Positions 13,757-25,134 of a stretch of 64,000 bases of DNA are shown here, in pieces. The notes beneath the pieces are model-generated. The model did not search any database, was not told where the DNA came from, and saw nothing but the letters and a program-made list of their open reading frames with translations. The DNA lies in contig NW_014577079.1 of the NCBI RefSeq assembly GCF_000485595.1, forward strand, positions 471,478-535,477, given 5' to 3'. The DNA is from Priapulus caudatus (taxonomy: Eukaryota). The translations under genes were made by a program, and so were the position numbers. Position 1 is the stretch's first letter. Each line of letters opens with the position of its first letter.

Positions 13757-16700
13757 ATAAGTTTTAACATGAAAAAGTACAAATATTGCAATACAACCAA
13801 ACTACATGACACAACAACAGCCGGCCACTTTTTTCGTTTTTCACAGGTTTTTGCTCTCGACGAAACGGTCGGTTAAACCAGTCGCAGTGTGTTTACTAGA
13901 GGGGGCGAATGTGTGTACGAAACGCTTTATCGGACTCGCAACGTCACTGCAGGTTAAATGGTAAAGAGTGATCAAACGAAAAACTAAAATTTAACAAAGC
14001 CTAGATTAAATATAATCGAAATACTTGTGGGTACGCGTCGGCCTTCTCTCGTGCACCGTTAATGGACTCCCTCTTCTCGCACGTCGCTGTCATTGCTACA
14101 ATCACAACGTGCCTACAATTGCTATAGATGACAACCGCTCAAACTCGAAAACTAACCGATCACAACGAAAGCGTTGCCCCGCGGACCTTACTCACGAAAA
14201 TGATAACACTGTCCACACACAATCATCAGTAAACAGTAACCTTAATCAACTAAGAGCAAAAAGGCTATATAATACGTCAAAAAGCCTAAGAAGGGAAGAG
14301 AAAGGAACTAGTGTTTTTAAGTAGTCACCGTTAAGTAAATCGTAACTACAAACGAACATTGAATTAAACGGGTATACGATAAGTAAAGAAATAAGCTTAG
14401 TGCACGACACGTAGAAGCTGGCAGCACGCCAAGCATGGAGCACGCCACTCAAAAATACATCTACACACTATGAGCGCGTCAGAAAACGGGGCCCGAAATC
14501 TGCCGTGAAGTTCACAGAACCTTGTGATAGCTCGTATTTCCGGTCAAGCTAGTGGACCGTTCTACGTGCTCCACACCTGCAGTGGTTCAGCTTAGATAAA
14601 TATAAATGAGAATTCCGTGTTTTTCCGAAAAAAGACAACTGTTTTCAATACAGCGTGGCATGTGCTGATACAGACAAACAAAGGAAGGGGAATTGGGCAA
14701 CAGTGCAAAATCAACACCTTCATCACCCTTTACGATTTCCTACGCACCAGGGGTTGTGAATGACTAGGACAAAATCTTTGGTTACGTATAGACTTTAAAA
14801 AGACGTAGCTGTCCTCATCAGCACAACCACGCACGCCTCCACTGCCGCGCCAACCTCATCCTTATACCAGCTGCTCACATCTGCACCTCCAACCGACCAG
14901 TTACAACTGTCAAGTTGAGAGATAGTCGCGTTTGACCGCACTCATTTCCAACCTCCACGTATAGTCAGCACTACGTCACGGGTCACGTGGTTTGCGTGAT
15001 GACGTCGGCGCAGCGGTCATATCTCGTGCGCACGCTACTACCTATGCGCATGCGCACTCGCATACATTGTCAGAGGCACGACAGAACCCCGCAGCGGGGG
15101 GAATGCACGACCGTGCATCTTAGAACAGCTAGCCAGCATATAAACATACCCTCTCTTTGGTTTTCACATATTGCACAGCAGTGGTCCCAAAGGGCACCCC
15201 TGCTCAACCCCCAACCTTTGCCAGTGTTGCCCTAGCAGTTTCCCAACGAACATACTAACGGCTGACTGTGTAAATAGGAATGCTTCTTAGCTTTATCAAA
15301 CTATATATACAGAAATGGTTAAGCGTCTGTATACAGTAAATATATCTGCTCCTAACAGCACCTTTGTCGTTCAATCTTATTTAAAATTTCATATTGATGC
15401 AATTTCATGGGAAATAGTTATTTTGCTTGCCTTCTGCATAATTATTTACTCTCTTTTAAACACAACACTAAATTTGAATAGAAATAAGCCAATATCATAC
15501 AACAACAATTATAATTACGTATATTAATGCAACAATATACCGGTCAAAACACTTTGGAAAACTGTCTTAAAATTTGCTACTCCAAAACTTATACTTATAG
15601 CGAATAGAATTTCCGGCCCACATTTAACAGGGCTATACTCATGAGTTGAGGCTTACAAAATGTCTGATACTCTGCTGGAATGGCAAGGTCACGCATATAT
15701 AAAACCCTTCTTTGGGCAGCAACCCCCTGTTCCCTGTCGTAAAAAGGGACTCAAGCAAAGCACTAGTCTAGAAACATCAGCTCTCTCTCTCTCTCTTTCT
15801 CATTCTCTCACTGGTCTGCCAAAACATCATTAGGCTGATCTCCAGGAATGTTGTGACAATATAAATTTTAAATCTTTCTTTTTCTTCTAAATATATCATG
15901 ATCACATCATTCAAGTACCCTTTGTGGGGAAAAACAGATATCAAAGATTGTGCCTTGATTATCTAAACATATACTGGCAATACATCATTATATACATCTC
16001 ATCTCAAGTCCGAAATGCATATGAAAAAGTTAATTTCACTGCACAATATCATATAGTTCTCAGTGCATGGTCACAATTAGAGCCGAGCTGGAATCCGGCG
16101 CGCTCGCGGGGCGGGGGGAGGGGTGGGGTCGCCTGCACGTGTGCGTGCTGCTGCCAGCCCCCCCGGCAGCAGCGACCCTCGCCTGTCGACGACTGCTCAG
16201 GGAGACCAATCGGTCGGCATTTGATGCCGGACAAATAAATACATCTTTATTGCAAAAAACGTGTGGGAGCCTTTCAGAAAGGCGTCCCGCGCACATGACG
16301 ACAACTCGGGCGCCCCGCGCCGCCCCCGCGCCGCCCCCCCGCGCCGGATCCGCATCCCGGCCCACGGTATGGAAGAACGTTTACAGTGCATCGTCATCTC
16401 AACTGCTATGAAAGCAATACTTCGGGTTCAATAAAGACAGTTGTACGCCCCACCCCCAAAGACTACAAAGGTTGCACCCATTTAACCCACGTTTGCAGCA
16501 GTACAAAAATAGAGCCTTTCATGGAAGTTGAAGATGTGGCATTGCCGAGAAAACCACCCCCTGTAACCATCGCTGCAATCACGCACTCTCGTACCGCATG
16601 GCTACCACGCGTCGCAATTCGAACTCGAGCAAACCGCACTATCCAGAAGATGAGCGAATGTGAGGGCCCGCACCAATATAGGCAGAGTGAAATGAAAGAA

Positions 16701-18278
16701 ATAAGCCGACAGGTCTGCAAAGCAGTCAAATGATACCGACACCATCGCCAATAAAACTCATTCCATCATAATAAAGTCAGAAACCAAACGGAGTAATTAT
16801 TATTAACTATACCCTGCTGCTGCCACTATTACTAATACTAATACTAACAACGGTCAGTCGAAAATAATAAGGTGTAAAACAGATCAATGGACGACGTTAA
16901 ATAAAACCCTGTTTTTTCTGGCATGCTAGAAAAACCAGCAACAAAAAAGTCACGAACTAAACCAAATACTGTTTAATACGTAAACAACACTGAAACGAAA
17001 AAGCTGTAAACAACCACGGGAGTGTATGAATAATAAATAGGACTAGTCGCCTATAGCCGCTAAAATAAATACTAATAATCATACATGTAATAAGTCCATG
17101 TACATAAATATGAAGGAGGCTGACTGGGGTCCGTAGCTGTCTAGTGAGCATCTCCTTACTTGAATATACTATCTGAGATCATCACTCTCTTGCTGCCTAG
17201 CAGGACCGTGTCGCCAACGACTCCCTGCATTGAATGAACACTGCTGGATACCCTGCCTGAACTGTGCACAATTTTAAAAACCTGTGCAAAAATATGAGAT
17301 CGTGGGAAAGCTGGAATCCCGTCGCGTGCGGCTCTGTAGCCATTCCTCTCTCCCGCTCTCTTCTCTGGCCCCCACTCTGTTCATATCCTCGCTCTCGCCG
17401 CGGCTGTAAAACCAATGCTCCGTCCGTTCTTAGTTTATCAGTGTTTACAGCTATTTACAGTGGAGTTTAAAATTTCCTTCACACCGCAAATTGGTCTTGC
17501 AGTAGTAGTTAGTTCGTCACGTATTTACAAAACAGATTCCAGCTTCCCCCGGCCGTCTCTCAATGGCGTGCAGCCCGTCTCTCGTCCCGTCAGTTTCCCC
17601 AAATATATTCCTACCTAAACCAACTCTGCGCAGAAAATTACAACTGAAACAATGTGTGCCACCGACGTTCGCAAATTAAAATTAATCCTTACCCTACGGT
17701 TAAATTGTGAAGGCTGTCATAAAATGGTCGCCACGCCGCAGCGCAAACCTCTACGCCGCGGCTCTGCGTGCTAACGTGCCAAACCTTAAATCGCGAACGA
17801 TACGACGAGCGAAAGAAAACACATCTCACCTCTCCAAAGTTCCTGCTCGAAAAACCGATAATGTAACAACATTAAATAAGAGTGAAAATCTAAAACTCCG
17901 ACTCAATCTAAACATAATCTTCTTTGCCAACGAGCGTCTCCTCCTCTTGATATATATGCGGGAAATCAAACATGCTTTAAATCTGCTGTCCTCCTCGAGA
18001 TTTGTACCCTCGCATTCTGTTTCTTCCACTCACACTCGCACGCTCACTCTCACGCACTCTCTCACGCGCTCTCTCGTTCCACCTCTCACTCTCACCTTTT
18101 CTATACAACGTGGAATGGCATTTCTGCCTCACAAGTGTCCTATCTGGCAATATCACATTAGATTCCACCTTTTTTAGTTCGGTTCTCGCTCTCGCACTCT
18201 CTCCTCCCCGCTCGCTCTCCCCCTCTCCCTCTCCGACTGACTAGTCCCCCTCCCTCCCGCCCCCGGCGCGGGGGGAGG
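13725..18278 (-). other. Putative long 3' UTR of the ELAV gene (about 2.0 kb short form, about 4.5 kb long form)
   Basis: Largely free of transposon-like repeats, U-rich on the sense strand, with Pumilio elements, miRNA seed matches and two AATAAA signals. The end coordinate is approximate. Confidence 0.6.
16246..16251 (-). terminator. Proximal polyadenylation signal AATAAA
   Basis: Sense strand reads GTTTTTTGC-AATAAA-GATGTATTTATTTGTCC. Confidence 0.55.
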
Positions 18279-18653
<375 letters not shown>

Positions 18654-18662
18654 TCATCTCTC

Positions 18663-18744
<82 letters not shown>

Positions 18745-19235
18745 ATGCAGGCTGGTGGAGGACACCTACACCAGCGATGAGATTGCTGAGATGCTAGCGG
18801 GTCTGCAGGCGGTCGTGCCCTGCTCCCCCTACTTCCCTCTCCTTCCATCCCTCTCCCCTTCTCCTCTTCCCTCCCCCTCTTTCTCTGTGAGTCAGTGTCT
18901 CTCTATCTCTCATGCAGGCTGGTGGAGGACACTTACACCAGCGATGAGATTGCTGAGATGCTAGCGGGTCTGCAGGCGGTCGTGCCCTGCTCCNNNNNNN
19001 NNNNNNNNNNNNNNNNNNNNNNNNNNNNNNNNNNNNNNNNNNNNNNNNNNNNNNNNNNNNNNNNNNNNNNNNNNNNNNNNNNNNNNNNNNNNNNNNNNNN
19101 NNNNNNNNNNNNNNNNNNNNNNNNNNNNNNNNNNNNNNNNNNNNNNNNNNNNNNNNNNNNNNNNNNNNNNNNNNNNNNNNNNNNNNNNNNNNNNNNNNNN
19201 NNNNNNNNNNNNNNNNNNNNNNNNNNNNNNNNNNN

Positions 19236-19274
<39 letters not shown>

Positions 19275-19727
19275 CTATGTCTCTCTTGCTCTGTCTCTCA
19301 TTCGTTTGGTTTCTGAACTTTTCTCCATATTTAACACAGGAAGCAAATAATTGCTGAAACTTCTCTTCTAAACTATTATAATTCCGCACACGCGTTTTAA
19401 AATAGTGACCAAATCAATACACAGAAAATATAGTATCACATCGGTCTTGCAGAGTAGGGACGCGCACACGCACACACGCACACACCAACAGCAATTTAAT
19501 CGGGGTAGCAGAACACTTGTTGTCATTATGACTCACTCTACAGGCAGCAGACGTAGCATGCCCGTAACGAGCTTAGGTGTGCAGAATAGCAGCCATCCCT
19601 ACAAACGGGTAGTTTCCGGTAACGTTTCGCAGCCCGCTGGTCCCACCCGCCCTCCGAAGAAAACGACCTACGACATTTTTTTTGCTACGACCTAACCTCG
19701 GTGACATTCTAGCTAGCCCTCACTTAC

Positions 19728-19769
19728 CTAATGTAGGAAGTGTCCAGGATTGCCGTCTTGGCTTTCAGG
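19728..19769 (-). CDS. elav: Predicted 42-nt alternative hinge microexon of the ELAV gene (inserts SLKAKTAILDTSYI)
   Basis: Acceptor ggttctccgtttttttag|C and consensus donor AG|gtaagt. 42 nt, phase 2 to 2, no stop in frame. Sits between RF and RYSP, where other ELAV/Hu genes carry a regulated small exon. Confidence 0.75.
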   Translation of the reverse strand, partial: PESQDGNPGHFLH

Positions 19770-20599
19770 CTAAAAAAACGGAGAACCAGCTCATTTTGGG
19801 AGCAGAAGCAAATTTTTGGCTCGAACCAATTCATAACCTATCTCTGTTTTTAAATTCCGACCCGATTTATCACTGCTTGTTACCGGAAACGTATTTTAGG
19901 GACGACTGAGCTAACAGTTAAAACAAAAACGCACAGTTAGCCATGCAAAAATCAGCTACGAAACAAGTGAAGCTCAATAAACAGAGGCCAGCGCATTTCG
20001 TTAGCATATATAAGAAACAAACAAAAAGTACAAATTAAAATTACCACCGAATATAGGATCGGAATTCATTTGCACGAAAATAAGTAATGCAATCAGAACA
20101 AAAATAACAACGTTAAAATCAACAGAACGCATATATATATAGATATAAACAATGCAAAGCCGCGAGGTGTTCCATCATTCATGCGCTTAACGTGGGTGTT
20201 TGTGTGCAGAAAGGCCACGAAAAAAGCCGCTTTTCCAGCCAACGAACACCACGTTACTGACGCACATGATAGATGGGCACTAAATCCAATATCTCCCGAC
20301 GGCAAAAAATACGGCATGTTAAATACAAATCAAACTAGGTGAAAAAAATCAAGGCCTAGGATACGAGGGATTCAATCGATCATGCGCTGATATCTCTCCA
20401 CTTCAATCACTCAAGCAACAATAATCTGGAATCAAGATAGGAGCGGCTGGCGGGGAAGATGGGAATTGCATGGACTAAAGGTAGAATTAACATATCAGAG
20501 AAGGGAATCATCTAGACATGTGAAATAGATGCGTATGGATGCAGCCAACTGTTCACATCACCAGCACGAAGAGCAGACAACGGACAACAGGGGCGGTGC

Positions 20600-20785
20600 G
20601 TGTGAGGGAGAGACATCACAGGGGAAAGTAGGAAACTAACAACAAGCGAGGCGTGTGAGAGAGAGACATCACAGGGGAAAGTAGGAAACTAACAACAAGC
20701 GAGGCGTGTGAGAGAGAGACATCACAGGGGAAAGTAGGAAACTAACAACAAGGGAGGCGTGCAAGGGAGAGACATCACAGGGGAG
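20600..20785. repeat. 53-bp intronic tandem repeat, about 3.5 copies
   Basis: agacatcacagggg at 20611, 20664 and 20717, with a partial copy at 20770. Confidence 0.9.
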
Positions 20786-20901
20786 GGAAAGGCGTCGAAT
20801 CTAACATGATGGGAGGGGAGATGAGCTGGGCATTAGGTCTGAGAGCAGAAGACCATGACTAATGCACACCGTTGGGGGGAAAGCTGGACATTCGATCTAA
20901 C

Positions 20902-21133
20902 CTGAATCGGCCGGCCGGATGGTGGATCGGTCCCGGGAAGCGGCGTTGCGCGGCCGTAAGGTAGGCGGCCGGCAGCGGCAGCATGTTCTTGTTGTTGTTG
21001 CTCGGGTTGTTGGCGAACTTGACCGTTATCGGCTCGGTGGCGCCCTCTGGTACGCTGCCGTTCAGCTTCTTGATGGCGAGCTCCGCCTCATTTCGCTGGT
21101 CGAATCTGATGAAGCCAACACCTTTTGACAGAC
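20902..21133 (-). CDS. elav: ELAV/Hu exon: second half of RRM2 and hinge ([26 protein letters not shown]...[10 protein letters not shown]...[14 protein letters not shown])
   Basis: RNP1 KGVGFIRF and [11 protein letters not shown] are ELAV hallmarks. Acceptor ttcttctgcag|GT, donor TTCAG|gttaga. 232 nt, phase 1 to 2. Confidence 0.95.
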
Positions 21134-21339
21134 CTGCAGAAGAAGCAGGCACTAAGTTGAGGTCTCACACTGTGCATGTGACAATGAAGTAGCAACTCGC
21201 GTGTGCGCGTGAGAGAGGGAGAGAGAGAGAGAGAGAGGAAGGGAGAGATAGAGAGAGTTGCCCAGTCCAACAGTGAAGCTTCAGAAAACATTTCATTATA
21301 CTAAGCAAAGATTTATTATTAAAGTTTCGTTTCTCATAT

Positions 21340-22155
21340 AAACTAGAAAGGGCAGTTGTCGCCAACTAAATGTATCCCCTGTGATCTAGTATGAATGAAA
21401 TATCTCTGTTAGGACGTAGGTCTAAGGTAGGTAAAGTTAAATAAGTCACAAAGACAAAGGTTTGTTACACAACTCATCTGCCTGAGATGTGCAAGTATGT
21501 TAAAATTGGTTGTCTTAGGGGTTTTGATACGCGACACACCTTCTCCCCAAGATGTGCAAGTATACGAAGTTTGCTCGCGCTAGGTCAATTAGGGACCGAG
21601 TTATAGAGCAGAAGGGAAATATGATCAAGGTCAAGGTCAAGGTCAATGTCAAATAAAGGTTGGAGTGACCTGGTTTCGGTACGCGACACACCTTCTCCCC
21701 AAGATGTGTAAGTATAACAAGTTTGGTTGCGCTAGGTCAATTAGGGGCCGAGTTATAGAGCAGAAGAGAAATATGATCAAGGTCAAGGTCAAGATGAAAT
21801 AAAAACCGCAGTGACGTGGTTTTGGCACGCGACACACATTCTCCCCAAGATTTGTAAGTATACCAAGTTTGGTCGCGCTAGGTCAATTAGGGGCCGAGTT
21901 ATAGAGCGGAAGGGAAATATAGTCAAGGTCAAGGTCAAGATCAAATAAAGGTCGCATTGAGCTGGTTTTGGTACGCTGCGCACCTTCTCCCCAAGATGTG
22001 TAAGTAGACCATGTTTGGTCACGCTAGGTCAATTAGGGGTCGAGTTATAGAACAGAAGGGAAAGTCTCTGCGGCAGCGCCGAGTGGCGGCGGCGACTGCT
22101 GGCCAGACATGAAACCATAGTATCCCCGCCGACTTCGTCACGGGGGATACAATAA
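21340..22155 (+). mobile_element. Non-autonomous Helentron/HINE-like element with internal ~146-bp tandem repeats
   Basis: 5' AAACTAGA start. Subterminal inverted repeat TGTATCCCC (21371) / GGGGATACA (22143). 3' stem-loop TATCCCCG...CGGGGGATA followed by AATAA. About 3.5 internal units starting at 21531, 21683, 21829 and 21975, rich in (CAAGGT)n. Confidence 0.7.
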
Positions 22156-22791
22156 TTATCAGTCTAATATATCTCACAGAGAGAGAGAGAAAGAGAGAGA
22201 GAGAGAAAGTGAGAGAAAGAAAGAACAAAAAAGAGGGAGAGAGACCGAGGAGGGAGGGAGACAGAGGAAGAGAGACAGCAGAAATAATGGAGGAACGAAT
22301 GGTAAGAGGGAGGGAGGGAGGGAGGGAGGGTAAGAGGGAAGGAGGGATGATAGGGAGGGAGAGAGGGAGGATAAGAGAGAGCAAGAAAGACCATTAGAGG
22401 ATTTGTCCCAGTGCGATTGACTGTGTGATGCTGTATGTTTCATTTTGCCATCATTGAAGCTTCCTCAAAACAATAATAAATGCCCCAAATATGGGCAAGA
22501 CATTCTCAAAGCAGGCAAAAAATATATGTATCATTCCTAGCCACTTTATATTCACTATCTAGACAAAATAATTGCAAAAATATCGAATATAATTTTCCAA
22601 TTGCACACAAACTCGCCTGGTTTGAGTTCCTAGTAGTAGTATCCTCTAAGTGTTGAAATGGCAAATATAATTTGAGAGATTTTATGATAATATATGTATT
22701 GAAGCCGCACACTCAGAATGGGAAATGAATACCCTGACAAATATTTATACGCGATTAGATTCATTACTCATCCATATATACATATTGCATA

Positions 22792-22862
<71 letters not shown>

Positions 22863-23253
22863 CACACGCACACACGCACGCGTGNNNNNNNNNNNNNNNN
22901 NNNNNNNNNAGAGAGAGAGAGAGAGTGAGTGAGAGAGAGAGTGAGAGAGCGCGTGGCTGTGGACAAAGGGATCACAGTTTTCGCACTAGTATGCATTCCG
23001 ACGTCGATGGATCTCCTGATCACTATCGTGCCGCATTTCCAACTGATTATCCCGATTTTAAAACGGGTTGCTATAGCAACTGACAAAAAACGCGCGGAAG
23101 GCGTGTGCTTGTCATCTGGCTCTCAAAGGGACGCTATTTATAGTAGCAGACTGTTTATACGTTTGGTATTGAAGTGATCAATAGTGTGGAGTCGCTTTAA
23201 TTACTTAACGAAGATGAGGAATTTGCCGATTCAACACAGCGCCCTATCCGAGC

Positions 23254-23674
23254 CACAGGCACTTGGAACGTCTCAATAAAGTCTTAATGTTTCTCTACTC
23301 TATTTCGCATATTATTGCCGATAACCACCTGTAAATGCCGGTAAAATGCTCATCTGCAACACACAAGTACACCGCACGCACGCCCTGTGCACAAACAACA
23401 TGAATAAGAGACTTAATTTCTCTCTTAATACTCTCTTATAATACACTCATAATACTTAATACTCTCATAATACTCTCTTATTTATGTTGTTTCTGTGCAC
23501 AGGGCGTGCGTGCGGTGTACTTGTGTGTTGCAGATGAGCATTTGACCGGCATTAACAGGTGATTATCGGGAATAATATGCGAAATAGAGTAGAGAAACAT
23601 TAAGACTTTGGTAGTAAATACATTTTGTGTTTATTTCCCTTTTTTATTTTATTGAGACGTTCCAAGTGCCTGTG
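23254..23674. mobile_element. Foldback MITE with ~155-bp inverted arms and 8-bp TSD (P or hAT superfamily)
   Basis: Termini CACAGGCACTTGGAACGTCTCAATAAA / TTTATTGAGACGTTCCAAGTGCCTGTG. Arms stay complementary inward, with a ~40-bp indel. Flanks atccgagc / aaccgagc (7 of 8 match). Confidence 0.85.
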
Positions 23675-24247
23675 AACCGAGCGTGCAAACACCTACTCAA
23701 GAACTATCGCCCTACGCTGTTCCACAGGCGGGAGCAGTTCCGTTGCCCATATTCAACATAGTTTGTGCTATAGCCATGTGATAGAGCACATATATGTGAT
23801 AAGGCTATATAGTTCTAGAGCGTGCAAACAGCATGACCGCACTTTCCTCTCGCGCGTTCTACACGAACAAGAACACAGAGAACGTCAACAAGAAGTCGCG
23901 AAACAACACAGCCATTTTTCCCAGTCTAGATACCCACCGTTAAATTACGACAACCGTCGTCGGTGGACAAACTTTAGACTTTCTCGTCTACTCATTTCTA
24001 CCTGATCCCTTATTCCTTATCTCCTACTATTTTTATTTCTGTTGTACATATAAATCTCAATTTATGCCAAAAAACGTTCAGATGTCCTTCAACCCACTTC
24101 TTTTCCCGCCATTTACGACCCAAATTCATTAAAACTGCCTACATCCTTAGATCCACAGCACCAACAGTACCAAGCTAGCTCACATTTGTTTCACAGTTAA
24201 TGAGATATTTCCATATAACTCTTACAGTAACATACAGTTTCCAAGTA

Positions 24248-25134
24248 CAGTAAAAACCCGCGTATAAGAACATAGATTTTAAGAACATGTTAGGCTAAAA
24301 TTTCCCATTTAGACCCCTTTACATAAGAACCTGTTTTAGGCTAAGATTTTGAAAGTAGCGTTTTCTTAATTTTCCATTGCAGCATGAAGACTGTAAAAAG
24401 AAACACAGGTAAAATAAAAAGACGAGCTCAACGAATATCGATGCAATAACAATGCACAATGCAATTGCCAATGCCAGATGCCCGCTCAACAAGTAACAAT
24501 GCCGCACGCTGGCCGGATTGCTCTATGCCAGACACAGATACTGCCCATTATTTACATATACAGTAAAAACCCGCATAAAAGAACACCGTTGATACAGGAA
24601 CACTTCGGTGCTGAAAATGCCGCGTCAAAAAATTGCATATACATAAGAACACATTCAGCCGAAAATAAATCTAATCTATATTACTAACTTCGGGAAGTCC
24701 GTATCATCAACCAGTCTAGTTCCTACATAGCATTACAATAAAACATTTGTCCTGTGTGTGGCGTGACCGTCGTGTGTCCTGTTATTTCACTGTGTACTTG
24801 CCAAACCAAATGGTTAAGGCTGTTACGGTGTAAGATGAATTGCTACATGTATTTGTATGACATCTCAACCATAAAAAAATCAAACATGTGCAACAACTAA
24901 ACTCTCCATATAACACCTTACACATAACACTACTGCATGTACTGGTAACGCATGCATCACAGTGACTAAGCCCGCGCGTAGCGCGGGTTTCAGCTAGTAC
25001 ATATTAAAAGTAGAAACAATTAAGAACCTATTTAAGAACCTTTTGAGCCTAATTTTTCAGTAAGCACCATTTATATAAGAACATGTTGAGGCTAACTTGG
25101 AAAAATCTATGTTCTTATACGCGGGTTTTTACTG
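24248..25134. mobile_element. Tc1/mariner-pogo type MITE (887 bp, 33-bp perfect TIR, TA TSD)
   Basis: TA|CAGTAAAAACCCGCGTATAAGAACATAGATTTT ... AAAATCTATGTTCTTATACGCGGGTTTTTACTG|TA. An extra internal TIR-like copy lies near 24560. Confidence 0.9.
24670..24997 (+). mobile_element. Non-autonomous Helitron nested in the MITE
   Basis: 5' A|TCTAATCTATATTACTAA. 3' hairpin CCCGCGC-GTA-GCGCGGG (24971-24987) followed by CTAG|T at 24994-24998. These are canonical Helitron termini at an A|T target. Confidence 0.7.

Noticed and set aside
18740..18993. Repeated peptide EDTYTSDEIAEMLAGLQAVVPCS as an antisense gene
   Set aside because: A ~90-bp direct duplication abutting an N gap, with no recognisable domain or further exons. 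Probably a local repeat or a contig-end overlap.
20859..20901. ORF continuation [13 protein letters not shown] resembling vertebrate RFR-LDN
   Set aside because: It is read-through of the donor site into the intron and stops after 13 codons. The similarity is only two residues.
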